Shown here: positions 33,289 through 44,128 of the stretch, one piece after another | How the letters are laid out: every line of letters starts with the position of its first letter | Numbering within the stretch: the first letter of the stretch is position 1 | Origin: Candidatus Marinacidobacterales bacterium | GTDB lineage: Bacteria > Acidobacteriota > Vicinamibacteria > Marinacidobacterales > SMYC01 | Direction of reading: 5' to 3' | Length of the DNA stretch: 64,000 bases | Assembly (NCBI GenBank): GCA_965237955.1 | Contig: OZ250169.1 | Coordinates: 1,856,001 to 1,920,000 of the forward strand | Program-made: the position numbers and the translations under genes | The notes under the pieces: model-generated | Told to the model about the DNA's origin: nothing | The model's input: the letters and a program-made list of their open reading frames with translations, nothing else | Databases searched by the model: none

Positions 33289-33960
33289 ATGACCGACATC
33301 TGGCCCGCGGCCGAGCATGCCGCCGATATGGTCGAGCCCGACATGGTCGTGGGTCTCGGTACGGGACGCGCCGCGGCCATGTTCGTGCGCGCGCTCGCCC
33401 GCCGCGTCCACGACGGTCTGTCGATCCGCGGAATCCCGACGTCGCTGAAAACCGCCGAGCTCGCCAAGGAGCTCTCGGTGCCGCTCACGACGCTCGACGA
33501 GGTCGAAAGCATCGATATCGACGTCGACGGCGCCGACGAGGTGGATCCCACCCTCAACCTTATTAAGGGACACGGTGGGTCACTCTTGAGAGAGCGTGTT
33601 GTAGCGTCGGTGTCGAAACGCTTCGTGGTCCTCGTCGGTGAGGAAAAGCTCGTACCGCATCTCGGAGCCAAGATGGCGGTGCCCGTGGAGGTCGTACCGT
33701 TCGCGGTTCCCGTGGCCCGCGCGGCGCTTCTCCGGCTGGGCGCCGACGTGGCCCTCCGCACGAACAGCGACGGTCCTTTCGAGTCCGACAACGGCAATCA
33801 AATCCTCGACGCGCGATTCGACAAGATCGCCGACCCCGGCGATCTCGAACGTCGCATCGACGAGCTCCCAGGGGTCGTCGACAATGGGCTCTTCATCGGC
33901 ATGGCCGATCTCGTGCTCGTGCATGACAGCGATCGCTTTCGCACCATGGAGCACTCGTAA
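33289..33960 (+). CDS. rpiA: Ribose-5-phosphate isomerase A
   Basis: GLGTG, DGADEVD, IKGHGGSLLRE and SDNGN motifs. Confidence 0.95.
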   Translation: MTDIWPAAEHAADMVEPDMVVGLGTGRAAAMFVRALARRVHDGLSIRGIPTSLKTAELAKELSVPLTTLDEVESIDIDVDGADEVDPTLNLIKGHGGSLLRERVVASVSKRFVVLVGEEKLVPHLGAKMAVPVEVVPFAVPVARAALLRLGADVALRTNSDGPFESDNGNQILDARFDKIADPGDLERRIDELPGVVDNGLFIGMADLVLVHDSDRFRTMEHS

Positions 33961-33975
33961 GCTCCGAGCGAACGG

Positions 33976-34740
33976 ATGGCCGGCCCTGCCGTCGAGCTTC
34001 GAGACGTCAGCAAGTCGTTCGATGGCGATCGACCCGCGCTATCGGGAATATCGCTCGCGGTCGAGACCGGGGAGACCGTCGTTTTACTGGGTTCGTCCGG
34101 CTCCGGAAAAACGACGACCCTGAAGATGATCAACCGTCTCGTCACCCCGGACGAGGGGGAGGTCTTCGTTCGCGGACAAGAAGTTCGTGCCTGGGATCCG
34201 ATCGAGCTGAGACGACAGACCGGCTACGTGATTCAAGAAGTCGGTCTTCTCCCGCACCTATCCGTCGAAGACAACATCGGCCTCGTGCCCCGGCTCTCGG
34301 GCTGGCCCGAGGACCGGCGACGAGAGAGAACGCTAGAGCTTCTCGAGCTGGTGTCGCTCCCGCCCGACGCGTTCGCGCACAAGCGTCCTTCGGAGCTCTC
34401 CGGCGGCCAGCGGCAACGTGTGGGTGTCGCGCGGGCGCTCGCGGCGGACCCGCCACTGCTTCTAATGGACGAGCCGTTCGGCGCGCTCGATCCCATCAAC
34501 CGCCGCCGCCTGCAGGACGAGTTCTCGGCACTCCGAGACCGACTCGGAAAGACGATCGTGTTCGTCACCCACGATGTGCCGGAAGCGCTCAAGCTTGCCC
34601 ACCGTATTGGGGTGATGCACGATGGAAAGCTCTTGCAGTTGGCCGCGCCGGAGACGATACTGGACGAGCCCGCCGACGAGTTCGTCCGCGAATTGGTTCG
34701 ACTCGATACCAAAGAAGCCGTCCTCGGCTCACGTTCGTGA
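33976..34740 (+). CDS. Osmoprotectant (OpuC/OsmV-type) ABC transporter ATPase
   Basis: GSSGSGKTT, LSGGQRQR and MDEPFGALDP motifs. Confidence 0.92.
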   Translation: MAGPAVELRDVSKSFDGDRPALSGISLAVETGETVVLLGSSGSGKTTTLKMINRLVTPDEGEVFVRGQEVRAWDPIELRRQTGYVIQEVGLLPHLSVEDNIGLVPRLSGWPEDRRRERTLELLELVSLPPDAFAHKRPSELSGGQRQRVGVARALAADPPLLLMDEPFGALDPINRRRLQDEFSALRDRLGKTIVFVTHDVPEALKLAHRIGVMHDGKLLQLAAPETILDEPADEFVRELVRLDTKEAVLGSRS

Positions 34741-35384
34741 AAGAGGGATTCATGGATATTTTCCAGTTCTTTGTCGAGCGGCACGACCAGATACTCGCCA
34801 AGACGTGGGAGCACCTGCAGCTCGTCGGTATGTCGATGGGCATCGCCGTGCTCGTCGGCGTGCCCCTCGGCTTGTTGCTGACGCGGAAGCAAAACCTGGC
34901 GCCGCCCGTGCTCGGCTTTGCCGACGTCATCCAAACGGTGCCGAGCCTGGCGCTCTTCGGCTTTTTGATTCCGATACCCCTTATCGGGGGGATCGGGATG
35001 CGATCGGCGACGATCGCTCTCGTTTTGTACGCGCTTCTCCCCATCTTGCGGAACACCTACATCGGAATTCAGTCCGTCGATGCCGCGGTGGTCGAGGCGG
35101 GCAAGGGGATGGGTATGACCGAGCTCCAAAGGCTTCGTCTGATCGAAGTGCCGCTGGCACTACCCACGGTTTTGGCCGGCGTTCGCATCGCCACCGTGCT
35201 CACCGTCGGTCTGGCCACGATTGCTTCGGCGATTGGGGCCGGCGGCCTGCGCGATTTCATTTTCAGAGGCGTGACGATGGTGGACAGCCGACTCATTTTC
35301 GCGGGCGCGTTGCCCGCAGCGATGCTGGCGATAGGTCTCGACGCACTGTTGGGCCGAGCCGAGAAGATGTTGGCGGCGGCCTAA
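34737..35384 (+). CDS. Osmoprotectant ABC transporter permease
   Basis: QTVPSLAL, PILRNTY, EAGKGMGM and IGAGGL motifs. Confidence 0.92.
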   Translation: MKEGFMDIFQFFVERHDQILAKTWEHLQLVGMSMGIAVLVGVPLGLLLTRKQNLAPPVLGFADVIQTVPSLALFGFLIPIPLIGGIGMRSATIALVLYALLPILRNTYIGIQSVDAAVVEAGKGMGMTELQRLRLIEVPLALPTVLAGVRIATVLTVGLATIASAIGAGGLRDFIFRGVTMVDSRLIFAGALPAAMLAIGLDALLGRAEKMLAAA

Positions 35385-36310
35385 TGAGACTGATGAGCCT
35401 GACGAGCATGATGCGATCCTGTAAAGCGCTATCGCTCGCCCTCTTCGTGTCGTTGGCAACGGGGGCAGCCTGGGCAGCCTGTTCGGGCGGACCCCGCCCG
35501 GTGGTCGTCGGTTCGAAGAACTTCACCGAGCAAGTCATTCTCGGTGAGATCGTGGCCCAGCTACTCGAAGCGCACGACGTCCCGGTCGACCGCCGTTTGA
35601 ACCTCGGTGGGAGCTTCATTTGCCATCAAGCGCTCGTTTCGGGAGGTCTCGATATCTACGTGGAGTACACCGGCACCGCGCTCACCGCTATTCTCCGAGA
35701 GCCTTTCGACTACGACGCGCAGAAAGTCTACGAGCGTGTCCGAGACGTCTATCGTGATGACCTGAACCTCGAGTGGAGTGCGCCTCTCGGATTCAACAAT
35801 ACGTTCGCGATCATCGTGACGCGGGCGCGAGCGGGCGAGTTGGGCGCTACCAAGATCTCCGACCTCGCGGAGCACCAGACCACGATTCGCCCGGGCGCGG
35901 GACACGAGTTCCTCGAGCGAGAGGACGGTCTTCGCGGGCTCACGGAAGCTTACGAGCTGGAGTTTTCGATCGCGCCCCGGGGGATGGAGCTCGGTCTCAT
36001 CTACCAAGCTCTCGTCGAAGGTCAAGTGGACTTCGTCGCCGGGAACTCGACCGACGGTCTCATCGAGAAGTTCAATCTGGTCGTTCTCGAAGACGACAGG
36101 CGTTTCTTCCCGCCCTACGACGCCGCGGCTGTCTACCGGCCGGACGCGGTGGAGCGGTATCCGGCGCTCGGTGACGTGCTCGAGATATTGGGCGGTGGGA
36201 TCGACGAGCCGGCGATGCGGCGTCTCAACCGGCTGGTGGACGACGAGCGGAGGGCGGTGCGAGACGTGGTCTCGGAGTTCTTGCAAGAGCGGGGCTGGGG
36301 GCCGTCGTAA
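35384..36310 (+). CDS. Glycine betaine/choline-type substrate-binding protein (OpuAC/OsmF-like)
   Basis: VGSKNFTEQ, YVEYTGT, GFNNTFA and FFPPYDA motifs; start uncertain. Confidence 0.9.
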   Translation: MRLMSLTSMMRSCKALSLALFVSLATGAAWAACSGGPRPVVVGSKNFTEQVILGEIVAQLLEAHDVPVDRRLNLGGSFICHQALVSGGLDIYVEYTGTALTAILREPFDYDAQKVYERVRDVYRDDLNLEWSAPLGFNNTFAIIVTRARAGELGATKISDLAEHQTTIRPGAGHEFLEREDGLRGLTEAYELEFSIAPRGMELGLIYQALVEGQVDFVAGNSTDGLIEKFNLVVLEDDRRFFPPYDAAAVYRPDAVERYPALGDVLEILGGGIDEPAMRRLNRLVDDERRAVRDVVSEFLQERGWGPS

Positions 36311-36383
36311 GACCTGTTTCAGGGGTCGACTTGACGGCGGCCGGAGGCGATCCTAATCTGTACGCTCGTTTCGAACGCCGATC

Positions 36384-37565
36384 ATGATCCGATATTTCGC
36401 GCTCGCTTCGCTGGTCTTTGTTGCGAGCGGAGCCTACCCGCAAGAACAGCCGGTTGCGGTTCAGAAAGCAACTGAAGAGAAACCTTGGGGCTACGTCTAC
36501 GTATTTCGTTCGCTCCGTGCCTACCCGCTGACGGGAGAGGATAATCGCTTCGGCCGTCTCCTCGAGAACGAGATCTCGCTCACATCGCCCCGGGTGTCCC
36601 GGCGTCATGCGGCGATTCGGCGAACCGACGAGGGCATCGAGCTCGTCGACGTCGGAAGCTCCAACGGGAGCCGGGTGAATGGCACCGAGTTGCGCGCCCG
36701 GGTTCCGGTCTCCCTGAATCCCGGGGATCGGATTCACCTCGCGGACGAGACGATCTTGTTCCACACCTCACTCGACGGACTGTGGAACGCCGAGCTCCGA
36801 ATGCGCTTGCTGTCGAGCATGGTCAACTTGAACGCGCATCTTCCGCAGGATTACACGAGAAAATCTCTCGGCAGGGAAGAAGTGATACCGGTTGAGACCG
36901 AAGCACTCATGAACCTCGAGGCGGGTACGGTCGAGCTCACGCTTTCGGTCAAGCTCAGCCCAGACTCGGGATTCTTGCAGGAGACGACTGCGTTCGTTGG
37001 CAATGTGCTCCTCGACGACGGGGTGCTCGAGCTCAGCTTGTGGTCGATCGAAGGTGCCGGCTCGATGACGTCTCGCCGTGCCTCGATCTCCCGGTTGAAA
37101 CACACGACGCTCAAGATCGCGATCGATGACGAAGCGAACGCGACCACGCGCAACCTCCAGCCGTGGTTTCCCCAGCAGTACTTGAACAACTTGTTCGACG
37201 TTCATCCTGACGCGCGCGATATCAGTTTGCGGTTCGCGACGAGCCTCGCGAGTCAAGAACGGCCGGTCGCCCTCCGCGACGCCTCCGCGACGCTCGCGTT
37301 CCGTCATACGCTTTCCAGAAAACCGGAGTGGAAGCTTCTCGCCCTGTCCGCGCAAGCCGGCGGCGCGTGGGTAGAGCGGGCGGTTTTGAAGCGACGGATG
37401 AGCCTCACTCAAATCGAGCGTAGTGCTCTTGCCGAAGCGCTCGAAAACAGCCGCTCTCGGCTCGAGAGCGCGCGTGCTCTCGGCGCCAAAGGCCAGCCCG
37501 CCGATGATGCGGCATCAGCGATCGAGCGCGCTGAAAGCCGATTGGCGGCCCTCGACGCGCGGTAA
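36384..37565 (+). CDS. FHA-domain protein with predicted signal peptide
   Basis: FGR, VSRRHA and SSNGS FHA motifs after a hydrophobic N-terminus. Confidence 0.82.
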   Translation: MIRYFALASLVFVASGAYPQEQPVAVQKATEEKPWGYVYVFRSLRAYPLTGEDNRFGRLLENEISLTSPRVSRRHAAIRRTDEGIELVDVGSSNGSRVNGTELRARVPVSLNPGDRIHLADETILFHTSLDGLWNAELRMRLLSSMVNLNAHLPQDYTRKSLGREEVIPVETEALMNLEAGTVELTLSVKLSPDSGFLQETTAFVGNVLLDDGVLELSLWSIEGAGSMTSRRASISRLKHTTLKIAIDDEANATTRNLQPWFPQQYLNNLFDVHPDARDISLRFATSLASQERPVALRDASATLAFRHTLSRKPEWKLLALSAQAGGAWVERAVLKRRMSLTQIERSALAEALENSRSRLESARALGAKGQPADDAASAIERAESRLAALDAR

Positions 37566-37570
37566 CCCTG

Positions 37571-38512
37571 GTGCATGTGATGCGTTGGGTCCTTTGGGTG
37601 TTCACACCGGCCCTGGTGGCAACGACGTCGCTCGCGCAAGAGCCCGACGTTCCCCGCTTTCGTGTCGGGGTGGACACCGTGAGCCTGTCGATCACGCTCC
37701 TCGACGAAGGCGGCCGCCTCATCACCGGGTTGCCCGAGGAAAACTTCACCGTCTACGAGGACGGTGTCCAGCAGGACATCCACTTTTTTGCCCACGGTGA
37801 GCTCCCGTTGAAAATGGTGATCTTGCTCGACGTCTCCTCGAGCATGCGGCAAAAGATCGAAATGGCTCAAGAGGCCGCCGTAAGGTTCGTCGACTCCCTT
37901 AAGCCGGGCGATGAAGTTCAAGTGGTCGAGTTCGGCGACCGCGTGTTGACGCTCGTCGAGTTCACCCCGGACTTCACCGAAGTGGCGGACGCCATCCGCT
38001 CGACCACGGTCGCCGGCGCGACCCCGCTCTACAACGCAATCTATATTTCGCTCAAAGACCTCGAAGCGTACCGAAGCGACCAGCTCGACCGGCGCGCCAT
38101 CGTGGTGCTCTCGGACGGTAACGATACCCAGTCTGTCCTCCGATTCGAAGACGTGAAAGAGGAAGCGCGCAAGAGTAACATCATCATCTACGCGATCTCG
38201 CTCCGTGCCAGCGAAGCCGACCTTAGGAAGGAGAAGTACCGCAACGCGAAGTACGAGCTGGACATGTTGGCCGAGGAAAGTGGCGGTGTGTCCTACGCGC
38301 CCGAGAAGTTGAACGACCTGTCCGGCGTCTATGAAGTTATTCTCGAAGAGCTGAAAGGTCAATACACCCTGGGCTACGTGTCGATGAACACCGAGCACGA
38401 CGGCAAGTGGAGACATCTTCAGATCCTCACCGCTGAGCCAGGCACGAGCGTCCGCACTCGAGGGGGCTACTACGCTCCACGAAAGTCCAGACGCCGCCGC
38501 CGCACCCACTGA
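37571..38512 (+). CDS. Secreted VWA-domain protein (acidobacterial VWFA-related)
   Basis: FTVYEDG..Q, MIDAS DVSSSM, T.LYNA, LSDGND and QYTLGY motifs. Confidence 0.88.
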   Translation: MHVMRWVLWVFTPALVATTSLAQEPDVPRFRVGVDTVSLSITLLDEGGRLITGLPEENFTVYEDGVQQDIHFFAHGELPLKMVILLDVSSSMRQKIEMAQEAAVRFVDSLKPGDEVQVVEFGDRVLTLVEFTPDFTEVADAIRSTTVAGATPLYNAIYISLKDLEAYRSDQLDRRAIVVLSDGNDTQSVLRFEDVKEEARKSNIIIYAISLRASEADLRKEKYRNAKYELDMLAEESGGVSYAPEKLNDLSGVYEVILEELKGQYTLGYVSMNTEHDGKWRHLQILTAEPGTSVRTRGGYYAPRKSRRRRRTH

Positions 38513-38554
38513 GCGCCGCTGCGGTGAGTTTTTCTTTCGGGCGCGGGAAGGGGA

Positions 38555-39334
38555 TCAGCGGAGATGGGCGGGGATCTTGCACACCGGGATGGGATCCATC
38601 TTGTGCCGATTGGCCGCGTGATGGCGCTGGTAGATCGCGAGCACTTCGCGCTGTCTTTCGTCGAGTGCGTCTTCGTCGCCCGAGAACGTCATCGCCCATT
38701 CGAGCTCGGGATAGCTCGCGCCTATTTGATCTTCGTCGGTTCGGTTGTCTCCCCAGAGTCCGTCGGTGGGTGGTGCTTTCAGGATCGAGTCGCAGACTGG
38801 GAGCGCTTTCCCGAGAGCGTAGACCTCCGATTTGGTGAGGTCGGCGATCGGGCTCAAGTCCACGCCGCCGTCACCGTACTTGGTGTAGAAGCCGACGCCG
38901 AAATCTTCGACTTTGTTGCCGGTTCCCACGACGAGGTCTCTATCGAGCGCGGCGAAGTAGTACAGGGTCGTCATGCGAAGTCGCGCACGCGTGTTTGCCA
39001 GCGACAGCTCGCCTCGGTTGGCATCGCCCGTTTCCGGCAGGGCATCGGTCAGAGTTTCGAGTACTCGGGTGAGATCGACTTCGACGGACGAAACGTTGTC
39101 GTAGCGGGTCTCCAACTGCTCGATGTGCTCGCGGGCGCGGCTACGCTGCGGGGACGCTTGGTGGATCGGCATCTCTACCGTGAGGAGCGGGCGGCCCGTC
39201 ATCGCGGCGAGGGTCGATGTGACGGACGAGTCGATGCCGCCGGAGACGCCGACGACGAAACCGCGCATCCCCGAACGTTCGGCATAGTCTCTCAGCCAGC
39301 TCGCAATGTGGTCGGCGATCTCTCGGGTTTTCAT
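38555..39334 (-). CDS. nadE: NH3-dependent NAD+ synthetase
   Basis: GVSGGIDSS, NTRARLRM, FYTKYGDG and PTDGL motifs. Confidence 0.95.
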   Translation of the reverse strand: MKTREIADHIASWLRDYAERSGMRGFVVGVSGGIDSSVTSTLAAMTGRPLLTVEMPIHQASPQRSRAREHIEQLETRYDNVSSVEVDLTRVLETLTDALPETGDANRGELSLANTRARLRMTTLYYFAALDRDLVVGTGNKVEDFGVGFYTKYGDGGVDLSPIADLTKSEVYALGKALPVCDSILKAPPTDGLWGDNRTDEDQIGASYPELEWAMTFSGDEDALDERQREVLAIYQRHHAANRHKMDPIPVCKIPAHLR

Positions 39335-39341
39335 GAGCAGC

Positions 39342-40676
39342 TCACTGAATGTATCCGAGTGAGCGAAGCTCTTCGATGGTGCGCTCGTCGATCTCTCGGT
39401 CGCGCCGGTGCTCCTTGGGTGTCATCAGCTCGCGAGCGTAGCGTTGTCGGTTGACGGCGCGCTCGAACCCGAGCGCGGTCGTGAGTGGCTCGCCGTCCAT
39501 CGTCTCTCCGACGGGTAGCGCATACAAGTGCAAGATCGTCGGCGCGATGTCGTAGACGCTCACGGACGGCACCCGGCCGGCTACGACGTCCGGCCCCATC
39601 ATGAGGAAAATGCCCGCGGGCGCTTTCGTTGCTTCCGGAATGTGGTAGTGGTCGTAGCCGCCACGATGAAGTGTGAACCCGTGGTCTGACACCACGATGA
39701 GGTAAGTGTCGTTCGGCAGTGTGCGCGCGTAGGCGTCGATGATGGACTCCATGTAGCCGTAAAACGGCTCCAGCACCGAAGCGAGCCGCTTCCGAAATGC
39801 CATTCGTTCGGCTTCGGTGAGCTCCCCTCGTCGGAGCTTCTGGAGTGTGGTGTCGACGTAGTCGGTCTCGATCAGCGTGAGCGCGACGTGGCTCACGATG
39901 TCGGGCAAACGAAAATACGTCGCGAACAGATCGTAGTCTTCGGTCTCGTAGAGATAGCGAGAGACGTTCTCGGTGAGCGCTTCTTGCAACACGTAAATCC
40001 AGTAGTCCTTGAGCACCGGAATCTGGGTGGCGTCGTTCGACGCGGCGAGGCTTTCGTGTAGCCGAGCGATATCGGGAAGCTCTCTGGCTCGACGGATGTC
40101 GTCGTAGTCCAGGCTCAGGAACGGTTGAAGCGCGCTGAAATATTGCGGAGGGTGCACCGAATCCGCCATACGGGCGCGTCGCTCCTCGGGCAGCAACAAG
40201 GTTTTGCGAAAACGGTTCGAGACCATGATGCCGTCGATCGCGTCGGGCGGATAGGTGACGAACCAGTTCACCACCACTGAGCGCCGGTCGAAATGGTCGA
40301 GGATCTGCCAAATAGAGGGCTCCCGCCTTTCGGAGTTGCTGTAGGGAACCTGGATGTTGTTTTTCTCCATGAAGACGAAGTCGAGGATCCCGTGCTTCGT
40401 CATCGATTTTCCGGTGGCGATGCTCGTCCAGATCACCGGCGATTTCGTGGGCTTGAACGTCTCGAGCGGGCCCCAGGCAGCGTCTTGCTTGAGCCGGGCG
40501 AGCACCGGGAGCTTCCCCGCTTCGATGAGAGGGTCGATGGTGTCCCATGAAGCGCCGTCGAAGCCCAGGACGACGACCTTGGTGTGGTTGCGGCCGTCCG
40601 GAGAACAGGACAACGGGGCGAACGTGCTCATGATCGTGACCACGACGAGCCCCGTCGCGATCGTCAGGTGACGCAC
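39342..40676 (-). CDS. Alkaline phosphatase-superfamily (NPP/phosphodiesterase) protein
   Basis: GFDGASW, W.SIATGK, VSDHGF, DIAPTIL and LRSLGY motifs. Confidence 0.85.
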   Translation of the reverse strand: MRHLTIATGLVVVTIMSTFAPLSCSPDGRNHTKVVVLGFDGASWDTIDPLIEAGKLPVLARLKQDAAWGPLETFKPTKSPVIWTSIATGKSMTKHGILDFVFMEKNNIQVPYSNSERREPSIWQILDHFDRRSVVVNWFVTYPPDAIDGIMVSNRFRKTLLLPEERRARMADSVHPPQYFSALQPFLSLDYDDIRRARELPDIARLHESLAASNDATQIPVLKDYWIYVLQEALTENVSRYLYETEDYDLFATYFRLPDIVSHVALTLIETDYVDTTLQKLRRGELTEAERMAFRKRLASVLEPFYGYMESIIDAYARTLPNDTYLIVVSDHGFTLHRGGYDHYHIPEATKAPAGIFLMMGPDVVAGRVPSVSVYDIAPTILHLYALPVGETMDGEPLTTALGFERAVNRQRYARELMTPKEHRRDREIDERTIEELRSLGYIQ

Positions 40677-40831
40677 GCGAGAAGTCTAGCACTAAGCCCT
40701 GAAGCCGTGAAGCTTGCGCCATGCGCGCCTGCATGCAAATCGATGCAGGGTTTGTCCATGTAAGTCGTTGAAAACAAGAGTGCGAACCCTGGAACGGCTC
40801 TTGCTCTAGTGAGTGGGCAGGAGAGGTCACG

Positions 40832-42682
40832 ATGAGCCAGCCGAACCAGTTTGAATTATTGAGAGAGCGCCGCTTCGGCCCACTGTTTTGGACCCAGTTT
40901 CTCGGCGCGTTGAACGACAACCTGTTCAAGACGGCGTTCATCTTCCTTATTACTTACGGTGTCCTCGCCGAGTCCAGAGACGCTGCTTTGTGGACGCCGA
41001 TGCTCAACGGGCTCCTCATTCTCCCGTTCTTCCTGTTCTCGGCGACGGCCGGCCAGCTCGCGGACAAGCTCGAAAAGGCTAGGCTGATTCGCTGGATCAA
41101 GCTCTGGGAAGTCGCGGTCATGGGAGTCGCGGCGGTGGGATTTCTCACGAACAACGCGTGGCTCCTCGCGGGTACTTTGTTCCTCATGGGAACGCAGTCG
41201 GCGTTTTTCGGCCCAGTGAAATACGCCATCCTTCCTCAGGCGTTGGGCAAGGACTCGCTGGTCTCTGGAAACGCTCTTATCGGGACGGCGACGTTTCTCG
41301 CCATACTTCTCGGCAGCATGGGCGGTGGACTCCTCATCGAGACGGGTTTTGCCTCGGCGATGACGGCGGGACTCGTGCTGGTCATCGCCAGCGTGGGATT
41401 CCTCGTTAGTCGTCGTATACCCGATGCGCCCGCGAGCGATCCCGGACTTCGATTCGATTGGAACACGATGCGACAAGCGGTTCGGGTGTGCGGCTACGCC
41501 GCCGCCGATCCGTCGGTGTGGCGCGCTACTCTCGGAGTGTCCTGGTTCTGGTTCTTTGGCGCGACGCTGCTCACGCTTTTTCCGACATATGGGAAGAACG
41601 TCCTGCACGTGAACGAACAAGTCGTGACCTTCTTTCTGATGGTGTTTTGTGTCGGCATCGGTCTCGGTGCGCTCCTGTGCGGGCGGATCGCGCGCCATCG
41701 TGTCGAGCTCGGGCTCGTACCGGCGGGCGCGGCCGGACTCAGCCTGTTCGTTCTCGATCTTTTCTTCGCGAGCCTTGCCTATGAACCGACGGCGGCGCTC
41801 GCCGGACTCGGTGGATTCTTGTCGAGCGCTGGAAGTGTGCGCATCGTGGCCGACCTCCTGGGTCTCGCCGTTTGTGGCGGTGCGTACATCGTCCCGCTGA
41901 ACGCTCTGATACAGGCGCGCGCCCCCGCTACCAAGCGCTCTCGGATCGTCTCTGCGAACGGCATCCTTTCGGCGCTCTTCATGGTCGTGTCAGCGGGGAT
42001 GACGCTCTTGTTCGCGTCGATTGGCATCCCGTCGGTGTTCACCTATCTCGTTCTCGCGCTCATGAACGCCGCGGTCTTCGTCTACATCGTGCGACAACTA
42101 CCGGAGCTCTTCCTTCGATTCCTCGTTTGGATTCTCGTGAGGGTCTTCTACCGTCTGCAGGTTTCCGGGCTCGACAACGTTCCCGAGAAGGGTCCCGTCG
42201 TTCTCGCTGCGAACCACGTGACCTACGTCGACGCGTTGATCCTCTCGGCGGCGCTCGCTCGTCCGATTCGCTTCGTGATGTATTACAAGTTTGTGGATTT
42301 ACCATTGGCAGGACGGATCTTGAAACGGGCCCGCGTGATCCCGATCGCGAGCCAGCGGGAAAACCCCGAGCTCTTACGGCGGGCGCTGGATGAGATCGCC
42401 AACGCGCTTGGTAACGGCGAGGCCGTTTGTATCTTCCCTGAGGGAGCGCTCACCAACGACGGCGAGATGCGTGAGTTCAGAAAAGGCATCGAGCGCATCG
42501 TCGAGCGCACGAGCGCGCCGGTGGTGCCGTTGGGCCTTCGCGGGTTGTGGGGGAGCTTGTTCTCTCGAGCGCGAAGGCGATTCGGGTTCTGGACGCGCAT
42601 CGGCGTTGCTGTCGGCACCCCGATCGAAAGGAGCGACGTGTCGGCGAGGCGCGTCCAGGAACGCGTCGCCGCTCTGGTGTGA
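40832..42682 (+). CDS. MFS transporter-acyltransferase fusion (LplT/Aas-like)
   Basis: TQFLGALNDNLFK and GPVKY motifs, then acyltransferase NHVTYVD and FPEG. Confidence 0.92.
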   Translation: MSQPNQFELLRERRFGPLFWTQFLGALNDNLFKTAFIFLITYGVLAESRDAALWTPMLNGLLILPFFLFSATAGQLADKLEKARLIRWIKLWEVAVMGVAAVGFLTNNAWLLAGTLFLMGTQSAFFGPVKYAILPQALGKDSLVSGNALIGTATFLAILLGSMGGGLLIETGFASAMTAGLVLVIASVGFLVSRRIPDAPASDPGLRFDWNTMRQAVRVCGYAAADPSVWRATLGVSWFWFFGATLLTLFPTYGKNVLHVNEQVVTFFLMVFCVGIGLGALLCGRIARHRVELGLVPAGAAGLSLFVLDLFFASLAYEPTAALAGLGGFLSSAGSVRIVADLLGLAVCGGAYIVPLNALIQARAPATKRSRIVSANGILSALFMVVSAGMTLLFASIGIPSVFTYLVLALMNAAVFVYIVRQLPELFLRFLVWILVRVFYRLQVSGLDNVPEKGPVVLAANHVTYVDALILSAALARPIRFVMYYKFVDLPLAGRILKRARVIPIASQRENPELLRRALDEIANALGNGEAVCIFPEGALTNDGEMREFRKGIERIVERTSAPVVPLGLRGLWGSLFSRARRRFGFWTRIGVAVGTPIERSDVSARRVQERVAALV

Positions 42683-42683
42683 G

Positions 42684-43913
42684 CTACTTGCGAACTCGGA
42701 TTTCGTTCCGCACGGTGCGCACGCCGAACGTCGTGCGCACGATCGCTTCCACGCTCATCCGCAGAATGAGCGCGTTGACGACGCCGGTCAGCGTCACGTG
42801 CTTCGACTCGACGATGATGTGGATAGGAGGGTTCGGTGCGTCGACGAACTCCGCGAACGACGGGTCCTCGTAGATGCGTCGGAAGAGCCGCTCCCTCAAA
42901 CTTTGATCCTCGGACGAGTCCGACAGAACGCGGAGCTCGTTCTGCACTCCTCGGACTCCGGGAACGCTCGCCACCGCACTTTCGAGGTTGTCCTTCTTGG
43001 TGGCGGAGGTCACCGAGCCCTGCAGGATGACCTCACTGCCCTCGAGAGAGAACTGGACGTGGTCGAAAACCGTGAAATCCGAGCTCGTCGTGATTTGGTC
43101 GGCGATGTTCTGAGGCAAGTCGGCGCGCGGCGGCGGTTGAGGTAGGTCGAGCGCTTCCTTGCTGGAAGTGGTTGGTTCGGGTTCCGGTTCGGGCATGGGC
43201 TGCGGTTCCGGCGCGGGTTCGGGTTTGGGCTCAGGTTCCGGCTCGGCCTTGGGTTCAGGTTCGGGCTCCGGTTCCGGCTCGGGTGCTGGTTCCGGTTCGG
43301 GCATGGGCGCGGGTTCGGGCTCAGGTTCCGGTTCGGGCATGGGCGCGGGTTCGGGCTCAGGTTCCGGTTCGGGCTCGGGTTCAGGCTCGGGGGGCGGGGC
43401 AGTGGGCTCTAGCTGGGCGAGCGTCACGCTTTTGATGACGATCGTGCTGTTGACGGCGGCCACACCTTGCGCCTGTCGCGCGATCGAATGAACTCGGTCG
43501 CGTGTCGCCTCGTCGACGACTTGCCCGCTCAAGCTGGCGACGCCGTTTTTGACGATGACCTGGTCGATACCAGAGTCGAGGCCCTTCTGGAGCAACGTGA
43601 ACCAAATCTCCTCTTCCACTTCGGGTGTCACCCCAACGCGGAGGCGGAGCTCGGTGTCGATCGCCTCGACGTCGGCGACGCTGAAGGCCGCTTCGATCGC
43701 GAGAATCTTCTCTCTCGCGCTCTGGACGACACCCGACAAGACGACGACGCCGTCGTCGGCGCGCACGTTGACGGATTGGAGGCCGTCTTGGGCGAGGGCC
43801 CGCCGGACCCGTTCGGCGAGCTGCTCATCGCTCGGCGATTGGGACGCAAAAAGCCCGGGCGCGCAAACGACTCCAAAAGCGAGAAACAGAACCAGCGTAA
43901 ACCGTTGCATCAT
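42684..43913 (-). CDS. Secreted multi-BON-domain protein with Pro/Glu linker
   Basis: Signal peptide; repeated V.L.G.V...GV..V.N BON motifs. Confidence 0.88.
   Translation of the reverse strand: MMQRFTLVLFLAFGVVCAPGLFASQSPSDEQLAERVRRALAQDGLQSVNVRADDGVVVLSGVVQSAREKILAIEAAFSVADVEAIDTELRLRVGVTPEVEEEIWFTLLQKGLDSGIDQVIVKNGVASLSGQVVDEATRDRVHSIARQAQGVAAVNSTIVIKSVTLAQLEPTAPPPEPEPEPEPEPEPEPAPMPEPEPEPEPAPMPEPEPAPEPEPEPEPEPKAEPEPEPKPEPAPEPQPMPEPEPEPTTSSKEALDLPQPPPRADLPQNIADQITTSSDFTVFDHVQFSLEGSEVILQGSVTSATKKDNLESAVASVPGVRGVQNELRVLSDSSEDQSLRERLFRRIYEDPSFAEFVDAPNPPIHIIVESKHVTLTGVVNALILRMSVEAIVRTTFGVRTVRNEIRVRK
43172..43400 (-). repeat. Coding tandem repeat (PE)n containing two identical 36-bp units
   Basis: GGTTCCGGTTCGGGCATGGGCGCGGGTTCGGGCTCA twice from about 43288. 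Confidence 0.85.
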
Positions 43914-44128
43914 CCCCTATTCTAGCTTGGTGCCCACACCAAAGGGAGGGCGCTCCCCGGTGAAGCGCGCAGGCCGCCGTCGCGACGTTGCCTTCGCAGC
44001 CGACGAAACTGTGCCTAATCTCACGTCCGCTAGGGCCGCTTCTGCAAGGTGGCGCGATACGCGATGCCCAAGTCCCCGAGTGTGTCGTCCGATCGAATTT
44101 CCATTGAAAGCCCTCCGAGAGAAACCGC

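Noticed and set aside
33213-33797. N-terminal extension of the GH20 ORF
   Set aside because: Antisense to rpiA; the real start is near 33212.
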